Positions 49,846 to 62,113 of a DNA stretch of 64,000 nucleotides are shown piece by piece. The stretch spans positions 18,166,001 to 18,230,000 of the forward strand of contig OZ249439.1 of the NCBI GenBank assembly GCA_965235115.1, written 5' to 3'. Position numbers and translations under genes: made by a program. Position 1 is the stretch's first letter, and the number at the start of each line of letters is the position of its first letter. The stretch comes from Laetmonice hystrix (Eukaryota). Under the pieces are notes generated by a model that searched no databases, was not told the origin of the DNA, and saw only the letters and a list, made by a program, of their open reading frames with translations.

Positions 49846-52730
49846 TACTTGCTGCTGAAGTGTGCAGCCGAGTGATGACCTGTTAAATGTGGCCAGGTTT
49901 GCCGTCCTCAGATTGGGAAGTGAGGCGGAGCCAAGGCTGCTGTTTTCCCCCTCCCCGACCACCGAGTGATCCGAGGCAGTGACACTGTAGGCTGCCTGGT
50001 GTCAGGCTATGAATGGAGGGTTGGCAAAGCCATCCGTGGGCCCAGTGGATCATGACGGCTGCCTCGCCGCAAGGTCCCCCTCCCGCACGGCCCAATGATG
50101 AACAGCATGGGGCTGGAAGGTGGAGGTCGTCACACACTACCTGGACAGTTATAGGTAACACTACCACCCTCAATCCTAGTCACTTTATTCATATCGCTCA
50201 ATGTATACCGTCCATTTATATTTTGACATCTCAGTTCATGAGATAGAACAGCGCTGGTTTTCTCTGGTCCTTTGCCACCTGCTGTCTCCGAGCAAAAGCT
50301 CTCCCAGCCCTCCCAATTGCTCTGGGCCGGTGGGCAAACACATGTTGGATCTCCAGCGAACGAGGACCATACTTTAAACCCTTGTGTCCCCAGGCCTCTA
50401 CTAATAACCAACGTACAGAGCACTCTAAATAACTTTTGCATTAAGAAAATTGTGGAAGGTTACCATAATTTCATGCGTTTTTAGCATTTCAACATTTCCA
50501 AATATCTCTCCTTCTTCTCCCATCCCCTTTTTCTCTTTCGTGGAGCGGGTAGATGGAGTGTCGCCGGTGCGGATATCTATGTCTCTATAACGCATACAGA
50601 CGACATCACCGGTTATCATGTATGTACTCTGCGACAGCCTAATGGTAATGGCTGAAATCCGACCTATCACATACTGTACTTTCCTTTTAACACTTCGACA
50701 CAAGTTTACACTGTTTAGTGGGACCAACCGCAATGATTCCAAAATGCGCAAAGTATATTTCCCACCTAAGTAAACGGAAGGTTCAGCCACGGTCCGAGAA
50801 GCCATCAGTTGGCTGTGGTGTGAAATCGTTTTGCCTCAACCTCTCTATTTTTCTTGCCATATCGTCATGGGTTGACTGTGCTGTGCATGCTGTCTTGACG
50901 CCAGCCCTGCACTGGTTGACTCTAGACATACCAGAAATGACTGCACGGGAAACGCATTTAAAATATATCTCAAGGGAAGCCTGTTGGCTCCTTCACTACT
51001 TCATGATTAACTATTGTTCAGTAGTCAAAACATTCTTCAATGAAAAATTAAACAACGATAATCTTCATGTTAGGAATCTGTCCCAGCGACGGCATAAGGT
51101 ACCTGGTATGTAAAGTTCTATCAAGAATAATGTCGCATGTAAACCTTACTTGGTATGATTTCCAAAGCCAGGGCAGTCTTGCTGCCGACTTTACAAATGC
51201 ATTGACGAGGGGAAGTGATTCCAACGGCTGTGTTTGGCTTCGTGTAGTGTAAACATGTTAGAATGTTGGAAGGGAGAGAAAAAAACTTACATCTGAATGA
51301 ATGTGGGTTGAACGGCGAGGTCAGGTCTAGCACTCAGGGTCTAGGGTGGTACTGCTCGTAAGGTTTAAGTGGGCAAACATCACCTTCCATCGGCAGTATA
51401 AATTTGGTGGAACAGCTGAAATTTGTATGCTTTCATTGACGGTATGTCGCTTAAGGCAACAGACAGGAAATTTATATGTGAATGATCTCCGCAGGTACAT
51501 ATGACCCCGTTAGGTTTTTTTTAAAGAACTTCAATCTTTGAGCTATTATTCCTGACAGTATTTTTCGTCACCAACGCTGCAATGAGAATGGGAACATAAC
51601 GGCATGACTACAATCTTTCAAAGATATTGCCTTAGCGTTGCCTTAAACCTAACTGATTACTTACAGGAAGTAAATGTAAAAATAGCACAGTCCTACTGAA
51701 AAAAATAGAGGTCAAAGCTCTGTGAAGAAGCGTTTTTTAAAATAAACAAAAATGAAATCCTCAAAGGTAAACAGAACATCACAAAGATAACAAAGATGGC
51801 AAGATTAGGAAGAGAGCTGCTCGACTGACTGAAACACAATATTCTTGTTGGGCATGTCCCAGTATATTTCAGCTTCGTTATTAATGATGTTGGACAAGTA
51901 CATTTACAGGTACTTTCTTATCAATGTTAGGCTGGACAAATATAATTAAGCTTCTTTCTTGGTATTTACCTCAAAACTTTATCAATGAATGGATGTCCTC
52001 CATACATCTATCGTACTGTGACTCGATTACTAGAGTAACAGCAAGGTGAAAATGAAGTAAGAGGCTGGCATAATTCCAATGGTCGGGGAATGCCTTTTGA
52101 TGAAGTATCAAGTTTCGTCCAGAGACTCGCCGAATTCTGGTACACCGTAGGAAGGTTAGTGGCCTCTAATTTACCGACACCATTTAGGGATGATTTTTTC
52201 TTAATCTTTGTTGATTATCTGCCAAATAGCACAAGAAGTGAAGTTCCTACTTTCCGAACATGTCACACCACATCAACAGCAAGGTCAGGCCAGTGACACG
52301 TCGCCATCTCACGTAACGTTGATCAGACAGACCGGGACGTCAGCTATCCGACAGTCGTGTTTTATTATCTCTCTCACCATCAACACAGCTTCCTTTTAAC
52401 TTTCATCTTCCTTATCTCCACAGGCCAACAGCCAATAACTTTGTCGTTCTCACTGTAACGGCATTATCTCTGGTCTTTTTCAATTAAAGAGGCACATGAA
52501 GTACTTATATCCATAAGAAAGAATCAGGTCACAGAAATTAGAATTTAGGCTATATTTCTTATTCCTATGATCTCAGAAAACATTCTCTGACTGTTACGTA
52601 GATGGCCAATTGCCAACACGTTCCCATTGATGAAATAACACCACCACCCCCGTACAAATTAACCCTCGGATTTAGACTTACTCCATACACTATACTGGAA
52701 TTTATCCGAAAGGTGTCCTCTGTTACTTAG

Positions 52731-53116
52731 CTCCCCACAAAACCACCAACTGTCACTCACTCCCTTTGCTCCCGATGGCACCAACCTCCCCACAAAACCA
52801 CCAACTGTCACTCACTCCCTTTGCTCCCGATGGCACCAACCTCCCCACAAAACCACCAACTGTCACTCACTCCCTTTGCTCCCGATGGCACCAACCTCGC
52901 CACAAAACCACCAAATGTCACTCACTCCCTTTGCTCCCGATGGCACCAACTTCCCCACAAAACCACCAACTGTCACTCACTCCCTTTGCTCCCGATGGCA
53001 CCAACCTCACCGCAAAACCACCAACTGTCACTCACTCCCTTTGCTCCCGATGGCACCAACCTCCCCGCAAAACCACCAACTGTCACTCACTCCCTTTGCT
53101 CCCGATGGCACCAACT
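52731..53116. repeat. Minisatellite, 55 bp x7
   Basis: CTCCCCACAAAACCACCAACTGTCACTCACTCCCTTTGCTCCCGATGGCACCAAC. Confidence 0.97.
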
Positions 53117-54047
53117 TCCATAGAACCTGCTGAGATCAAGAGACCTCGCACTGTGTTTACGTCTCCCGATTCATGGCCCCGAACGACCTTCAAATACCGA
53201 GACTGACCTCCGACTGTCAACACCCCGATGGCCAGTCATTCAGCTGACCGCTAATATCTCAAAGTGACCAATCATACCTACTGCTGTAATTGTATAGACT
53301 ATCTCAGATTGCTCCCAACACGTGTATGCTAATAACAATATAAGGCTTCAACACAAAATGATAATTATCGACAGCTCAGACTGCGCAGCTGGTTGAAACA
53401 TGAGCTAGGCTCCATTCCGTGACCCCTAAATTCTTTTTGTGACCTTTTTCTTTGGAGGGACACATGAGCGGACGAGTACCAGGTATTGCTACCCCACCTC
53501 GTCACCTCCACAACCCTTTGACCCTCCAACCCCGGCGTATGTTGTCAACAATCAGGGCGGGGAATTTGAAACAAGGAAATCTGACAGCTTCTACATACCT
53601 TGTAAACATTATTTTTGCGAGGTTGACAAATATTCCATCATTCATAGAAGAGTTCGCTCTTCCTATGACCATGGCACATACATGCCCACCTAACATAGGT
53701 TTTTTTCCTTCACCCATTTCAGTGCTTGGTCGATAGCGAACTTACTTCTAAAGCATCCTCCTTAGGCCTAAATGTCAAAATCATGTTAACAGCAGATATG
53801 TTGCTCATGTACACCCATCCTCCTTGGTCCAACAGGGAGTTCCCCTCCTTTTTTCCGAAAGTGAAAATGTTCTTATTCATCCCATGGATTTAGTTAATGG
53901 TCTGCATGTTATAAACATGGGACAGCATCATGGCCAGTACATGTTAGGAATCTTAGGACTGCATGTTACGACTCACTTCCAAAAGTGGCCACCACGTCGT
54001 GGCAATGAAGGAATTTGTCTCCACTGAATACTAGTAAGTACTTCGCC

Positions 54048-54116
54048 CTGCTGTTGTGTGAGTCACAAACGTTGAACTCACTGCTGTTGTGTGAGCCACA
54101 AACGTTGAACTCACTG
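54048..54116. repeat. Tandem duplication, 33 bp x2
   Basis: CTGCTGTTGTGTGAG(T/C)CACAAACGTTGAACTCA. Confidence 0.9.
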
Positions 54117-55043
54117 CATGGAATGTGCATCTTTTAAATACACATTGACCGCTTCAACTGTCCATCAGACTAATACAATGAACACCACTACGACTGGATG
54201 TCATGAGTCACCAACTTTTTTCTGTTGTTCTTCAGAAATGGTAGCACCTCGGCAATGACAGTCTCTAGATGCTTATTTTCCATGCCGTATATCAGCCGCT
54301 AATCAAGCGTAACGTTAGTGAACATATGTCAAACACTCGGGGCGACATATAATAGTACATCTCCTTGCTGATAGTCTCGTTTTAGTGACAAGTATATACA
54401 AGTACGATAATATTAATTTTATTACTAAACCCGTCTGACCCCCGAGTCTGCCATATCACACCAAAACTAAGCCGCTAACATACTTTGTTTCCCTGTTGTC
54501 ACACAAAACCACACTATTTTCGTGCAACCTAAAGTTATTTTTTTCAGGATGTGAATTGGCGGCCAAGTGTGAGCCAACTGAGGGTTCATAAGATTTTTTT
54601 TTTTTAAGTAAAACTCTCATATCAGCAAGAACACGGGCCAAATTTAATTATACAGAGTATCAGGAAGTAAACCACGGCAGAATGGGTGAAACCCCCGATA
54701 ACTTCTGCGGGTGAACCCACTATCTGGGGAGTCCCTGGACTGTGGGCCACTGATAAACTGGACCCTGGCGTGCCATTGTATGTAATCAAGTTTCGCGATC
54801 TTACTCCCAGGGCGAGCCCCACTTAGTCTAGGTGCTGCCCCCTGGGGGTCATACGGCACACTGATCCCGCCGAGAAGTGGGAGGTTGTCTGTGGCGAGTT
54901 ATCACCACTGACGGGGTGGAGCCTGATATTGAAGACATGTTATGTAATACATCGTCAAGCTATGCTTGTACCTTTTCGAAGAAAAAAGGTTTCTTTTATT
55001 CACTTTTAGAGAAAATTGTTTCTCCTTATCAGCCAAAACTCAC

Positions 55044-55079
55044 CCATTACCCATGGATTTGGAAGTTGCCAAGACTCAC
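55044..55079 (-). other. Candidate recursive splice site (55080/55079) with a 36-nt RS-exon containing an in-frame TGA followed by ATG-GGT-AAT-GG
   Basis: taattaatgtatgccctctttttatttgcag|GTGAGT places a strong 3'ss directly against a consensus 5'ss. A second consensus donor TGG|GTGAGT lies 36 nt downstream. Confidence 0.55.
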
Positions 55080-56442
55080 CTGCAAATAAAAAGAGGGCAT
55101 ACATTAATTACTAGATTATAAATTGTTGAAACCAGAACATATCCAACCTAGTGCTCAATTTAATGTGTGGGAAAATCGCCTGGCCCCCTCATTTTCTAAC
55201 CATTCTAACATTTATATCAGTTTAAATATAAGGTAAAACTGAGGATGACAACAACCACCCCTCAATCAGGCCTGGGGTACGACAGCTCTGTCCTAGGGGC
55301 CACCGGACGAGGTTAGCAGGGCCACACCAAGGTGGTCCTTACGCCCCTCAAGTCACATCTAATATTAGGATCATGACCACTCACTGAACAATCTAGCCCG
55401 TCCTAGTTCCTCACTTGGCCACCAGGGTGGGCAGACGGGAGGCTGGGGTGCTCATTTCCAACACTTTCATCAAAGAGTGGCCTAATGACCAGGTGTGGTT
55501 CGTGCCACACCGAGTGACACCATAACGTGCCTTTCCTCCACCCCCCCCCCCCCCATCCCTCCACCCCCACCCTACCTATCTTCCTATCTTCTGGCCCTAC
55601 GCCTGAGTGCACTCGGGGAATTTTACTTTTGAAATCGGTCCTCTGACCAATGAAATATTACCTTCTATACTGGATAGGAAATGTAACCCTAGGATAAGTT
55701 CAATCTGGCTGAGGAATTTCATACTGTCACATGTGTACCGGAAAACTGGGCTATTTTACCAATGTTAGAATTAATTCCTGATCATAACCTGATCATAACA
55801 CCACAATACAGGTTACAACAAGATACAAAACGTGAACCGTGTCCTGGAGACCGGAGTCGTGATTAACCTTGTGTCCGTTTGTGTGGGTAACCCTTCACAC
55901 CCCATCCTACCCCCAACCTCAACCCCCTAACCACACCACGGGGTGGGTGACTGGGTTCGGCAAACCACGGGTGAGATGATGAATAGGTCGGCCATGGACA
56001 GGTGGGGAAAACAATCAGTACTTGCCATACCATGGTGGCCTTTAATAACATATCTGTCGTGAAACGTGTTCATTCAACTCGCTTCTGTTGAAACAGGTGG
56101 GAGGACGAGGATGATGATAATGATAAAACCTAACGTTTTACGTCCCTGGCCGACCTGCATTGCAATCTTGCTGACAAGCACTTCATTATTCATATGATAG
56201 CGCGCCTTTTAATGTATACCGTAGTGTGTCATTATCGCTTTGAAGAAATAACAAAATATGACTGCAATTCAAAATATGCAACAGGTATAATACTGTGTTG
56301 ACAAAAGTATAGAAGGTCAGGCATTATCAAAGCAACTGCCTTGGGATGCATTCATAGAATAAAAATGGCTCTTTTAGTGTATCCGATGTGAGAGGTAATG
56401 GTATAAAGTGTGGAATGTTGTGGCCAGCCTTGATGGCCCAGG

Positions 56443-57178
56443 TACACCCGGGCCACTCCTTACCATGCCCCACATGGTCACACCCTACACCCGGGCCACT
56501 CCTTACCATGGCCCACATGGTCACACCCTACACCCGGGCCACTCCTTACCATGCCCCACATGGTCACACCCTACACCCGGACCATCCCTTACCATGGCCC
56601 ACATGGTCACACCCTACACCCGGGCCACTCCTTACCATGGCCCACATGGTCACACCCTACACCCGGACCATCCCTTACCATGGCCCACATGGTCACACCC
56701 TACACCCGGGCCATCCCTTACCATGCCCCACATGGTCACACCCTACACCCGGGCCATCCCTTACCATGCCCCACATGGTCACACCCTACACCCGGACTAT
56801 CCCTTACCATGGCCCACATGGTCACACCCTACACCCGGACCATCCCTTACCATGGCCCACATGGTCACACCCTACACCCGGGCCACTCCTTACCATGGCC
56901 CACATGGTCACACCCTACACCCGGGCCATCCCTTACCATGCCCCACATGGTCACACCCTACACCCGGGCCACTCCTTACCATGGCCCACATGGTCACACC
57001 CTACACCCGGGCCATCCCTTACCATGGCCCACATGGTCACACCCTACACCCGGGCCACTCCTTACCATGGCCCACATGGTCACACCCTACACCCGGGCCA
57101 CTCCTTACCATGCCCCACATGGTCACACCCTACACCCGGGCCACCCCACCCCTTACCATGGCCCACATGGTCACACCC
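56443..57178. repeat. Minisatellite, 43 bp x ~17
   Basis: GTCACACCCTACACCCGGGCCACTCCTTACCATGGCCCACATG; source of the ORFs at 56388-57304. Confidence 0.97.
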
Positions 57179-60100
57179 TGCTCAGCCAATCCTTCTGTCT
57201 GCCCTCAGGGTGCGACCACCTTGGTTAGTGGTAGGTATGTCAGTGACTGTCAGAATCACTTAACATCACACACAACTCCCCCTCTTTTTTATAACATTGC
57301 ATGATTTATACGTCCATCTGCACGGCATCTGGGAAATAATTGTTAAGTTTATGAAAAGGTCATGATAAACCTGCAGCAGACCAAAAGCTGAAGGGCTGAC
57401 GTAATTACAAATGTTAAAGTTCCGACCGTCTGCCGTCGATCAGGGTGACCATTGGGTGTGTGTGTCACAGAAAGGGTGGGTCAGTCACCCCACCACAGGT
57501 ATAGGTTAGGGGTCACACAGGTTATGTTCTCTATACTCCCCCACGACCCACGTGGTCTGTGGTCAGTAGACTGACCAGCCCGTACAGGACATACTTACTT
57601 CACACCACAGGAATGGTGAGGACCGACATTGACTACCGACCTCCGTGGGAGGTTTAATCAATATCGTCATTAAACCACATTAAACCCGTTGTGTTAAGTA
57701 GGCACACAAATTGGTATATCATACATGGGTATGAAACCACACCACAGATATGTCTGGCCTGGTTGAAACACATCCACGATAGCTGTCCTTCAATACATGT
57801 ACAGTCCGCGGGCAATCAGGTAACCTCAATGCCAGGGACTTTAACATCTAAATACTACCACTTTCTTTTTTAAAACATGGCCATTCAGATTCCACTTTAT
57901 TTTCTCTTTTGGAAGTTAAATTTATAAGTTGGAAGTGAGATTTATAAGATCACCGCCAATTGTCGCTAAACACATCCATGTCGACGATAGTTATATCATT
58001 GTTTTCCAGATGGCAGCACCAGTGCGGTCAGTTTTTCAATGCATTCCGCTGCCGACTTGGCCATGCAGTTGTCCCTGACCTGCGTGACAACTAAATAAGC
58101 TTTTACTTCTCCCAACCAGCAGTAAAAGTTCAAAAGGAAAAACTCCGCCTTATGACAAGTTCAGACGCTTGATAACTTCAAGTCTGGCTGAACACTTTGG
58201 GTAGTAATTGCTTGGTCAACTGCTCAATAAATATACGAAAAAACACTTCCCACCGACTTACGATCGCTAATTTGTGGCTTTATTACAGTACATATGATAC
58301 GACAGGCTCATCACTTGACTAGTTCTTCTTCAGCTCCTTTTTATTGTTTAACCAATTAAAATGCCGTGATAGCACGCAGTGCAACACCTCTCGCTATTCC
58401 CTGCCGAGCTCTGTGGTTGATGGCACGTCAGTTTGACAATGGTGTCTGCTGTAAAGAAGTCAGGACCGTAATGAGTTCTATTACTAGAGGTAGAGAAAGT
58501 ACATTACAGATGCGAGGATAACACACTGGTCTTGATGACATCGACGACCTGTTACATTAGTGAACACAACACTGTTTATTTTTACAATCAGCAATTCACT
58601 GGGGCTGGTTTAGGTATGAAATGAGATAGGTCATTAGATGGCTATACATCCAGGCCTCTATTCCCGTAATAAAGAGGTCACAACTATCTTAGATCGCCGA
58701 GAACCACGCCCTGTCTGACTGGGGTACATTCTAGAAAAGGTACCATAATGCCCCTCCGTCCAAGAAAACACTTCGCGTACCGGTACCGACAGACATTAGA
58801 AACCTTATGGAGAGTGGCTGGACACTGACGTTGTTGCTCTGAATCCTCCCCCAACAAGAAGTCAGTTAAGTGGCTGATATGTGGTCCTTGCAGGCCCTTG
58901 CAGGGGGCAGCTGATAAAGTAATGGCCGAGGAACGCATCTGTCTTTCCCAAGTGATAATGAACCCTTTTTTCTGGGCCCCCCGGTGGCCATCCCCTTGAC
59001 ACACAAAAGTGGCCCTCTCTGGCTCACCCCATCACCCGACCGATGGTCCAGTCGTCCGGCCGGGGTATCCAGTGGGTCACTGCGCCCCCAGCAGATAGAC
59101 ACCTTAATCACCGACTCCCCCGCCCCCCTAAACAACCCACACAATTGACCGATTTCTATTTTTCTTGGTGGGGAGACGGACGAGCATCTGACCTGCCGGG
59201 ATTCATTCTGAATGAGGTCAGAATGTCCCCGACTTTACAACAGGGCACGGTGCGGGGCGGCCAGGCCCCAGGCCCCTGGGTTATCTCCCCAACATCACCC
59301 TGGTCAATGCTTCACCCGGTGTGTATGTGTGTATGTTTCAGGACCTTCGGTTCGGTCACAGCACTCGGCTGATTTAAAGGGGGTTTTCAAATTAATAATT
59401 TACATGTACATGTAGTATCATATCTAACTATACTTCTCTGTAGGCCTGTGGGTATGTTATAAGGTATGCTGAACAGCTTCTCTTCTTATTTTCAAAACTC
59501 CACCCATAATTCTATCACAAAGGTAAAAAAATATGATGATAATAGCCTGGGGTGTTTTTTAATCTGATTACCAAGACAAAGTATACTGAAGTTTTACATA
59601 TATATTAACATAACTACATGATATCTGAGAAGTTTGCGGTTACAATAGTTATTTGAGAGGCGATTCTCCTTACATTGCATACATATTTTCCCGTTGTATG
59701 TGAACAGCTGCCTCACTGATCGTGGTTGTTGGAATAACAATGCACCTGAAGTGGATGAGTAGGAGATAAATGTATCAATTACAGCTTCAGTCCTGACTGG
59801 GAGACATCGAGGTGCCAACAGGACTTCAGAGGTAGACGCCAGGTGGACACCGCCCAGCCCCGCCACATTGTCAATGGGGGTGGGTGGGTGGGAGCGGTCA
59901 GCAAGCCAGGGACGACAAGAGCTTCAACATCAGGCTTGTCAACATGTTGTGCCGTGTCAGGTCCAGTGTACATCAAGCAACAACGTCCCTACTGGCCAGC
60001 CCTTCCGGTTCAACTCTCCAATAAATGTCTAATGTCACAGTGACAGGACACATTTCCTATCTGTCATTCTCAGTTGGTCTCATACAGAAATATTTTGTCA

Positions 60101-60402
60101 CTGGAGGGTCAAGTGTTAATTGTCCATTTGAATAGAAACCACGCCGAGCCTGTGACAAGTTTACTTATGGAATAAACGGATGTTAATCCCTAGGGATGTT
60201 TATGTAAGCCTTTATAAAGATGGTGACACTGAAGCTGACCCTGGAACTTGCAAACAGAGGTGACTTCCCACCTAATCCTGACATCAATCCGGGAATCGTA
60301 TTCCTTCAGTCATCTACCAGAGACAGAGTCCCTGTGGAATGGTGTGATACAACGGTTGATCGACCTGGACACAACCACAGCCTGCACACCGAAACCCGAC
60401 AC

Positions 60403-60517
60403 GGCACTGCGGGCAAGGTTTAACTGTGGGAATCACAACCCGGCACTGCGGGCAAGGTTTAACTGTGGGAATCACAACCCGGCACTGCGGGCAAGGTTTA
60501 ACTGTGGGAATCACAAC
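60403..60517. repeat. Tandem repeat, 39 bp x3
   Basis: GGCACTGCGGGCAAGGTTTAACTGTGGGAATCACAACCC. Confidence 0.95.
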
Positions 60518-61052
60518 GAATGAAAGCCTGTAAACCTCACCGACACATGGCTCATACTACCAGCATATATATGTCTCTCCCTGTTAGGTTACTCAGTACC
60601 AGAGTTCATTCATTGTTCTCGGAGGTTCGAGGGTGAGTTTTAGTCAGGTTGCTAGTCAGGTTGCTGCCAGAAGCCGTTACTGCTGGAACAGGGCATGTCT
60701 AGACTGCCCTGGGGGAGACAGTACCATTTAAAGTGGTTCAGTCACGTAACTAACCTAATCACCCGTAATGATGTCTCCAGGTGTGACATCAATTAGTGAA
60801 GTCACTGTCATGAGGCGTCACGTAACAGGTGCGACCAAAATACAAGGAATGTTGAGCGTTGACACACCCACTCCGCACCACCTGTGTGTAGGGCGTTGGT
60901 TTCACGTACAGCACAGCACAGCACCCGTACACACATTCTCTATCCTGTGGGTTTCTTTCTCAGTTTCGTTTATCAGGAGAATCCTGAGATGGACGAGTCA
61001 TTAATTGATATGTCGTTCTCACTGTGTACTTTGTGGAGCCCCCACCACTCAC

Positions 61053-61153
61053 CGTTTGACCGACCGTCCGGACGTGTACCGGGGAGAGGTGATCTGGCTG
61101 ACCGTTTCACCAGGCATCCTTCCTTCACCGTTAGCGTTGGTCTCTACTTTCAT
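61053..61153 (-). CDS. Candidate alternative first coding exon MKVETNANGEGRMPGETVSQITSPRYTSGRSVK(R), phase 2
   Basis: 33 open protein-like codons after an in-frame TGA; the second ATG has Kozak AGGATG; donor ACG|GTGAGT. Confidence 0.4.
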
Positions 61154-62113
61154 CAGTGATCAGGATCCACACTCCACAGAATACGCAGATATAACGACGT
61201 CGGTGGTTGTCCTTTGATAGGCTGGTCCGCTAATACCATCAATTACATTTCAACTTTTCACAGAATCCACCTGGGTCCTGGAGAATCACAGACTCAAGCT
61301 TGAGAAACCCACAACTATCCTGTTTCTTTCTCTGGTTCTGTCGAGACCACTCCACGTTCAGCGTTTTCATAGGGTTCCACCCGCCTTCAACATGTGGTAA
61401 TCCTTTTCAAGTACCTGCTAAGTCCCCAACTTCTGGGTATGTCAAGAACTGCCTGCATTCTTCAGATCAATGTCGGCTGGTTGTCCAGATTATCATTTAC
61501 TAAATGTGGGACCTGGTAAGTAGAATGTCTCAATAGGTTGTTTACTAACACATACACAGTCACCCATTAACCTGGTAATCCTCAGCTACATGGTACACCT
61601 CGCCTGGACGAGCTCAGCTGGGAGCCGTGATCCTCACCTCCAGAGGTAAGAATACGAGATGTAGGTATGTGGTAGCGGTGTGTTTAGTGAGATCCTCCCT
61701 GGATCAGGGGTACCTCAAGCCACACAGACTCCCCTGGGTATAAACACTCTCTGATTGTTTCTTTATGACAGTGGTGAAGGCTGCCCTTTGGGTAATCACC
61801 TTTGACAACCATGACGTCGTCCACTGCTCGGATCCACGCAGTGGATCCTCAACTGTACACATTGACAGTCAAGACAGCGCGACCATTTCTACGGTATTCA
61901 GCTATAAACAGATGGTTCGAACGGCTCACCTGTCTGCTGGTGTATGGTATATAAGCCTGATTTAGGCAGGGTCGCGGGCTGGCCCCAGTCCTCACACATT
62001 GTCTCTGGTCATTTCTCTGTATGTTAATGGGTAGGAATACGTTGTGGTACCAGCACTTTGAACCACAGGTCAGACTCGAAGGTATGACCCCTTTGGTTAC
62101 GTTCGTGAAATAA

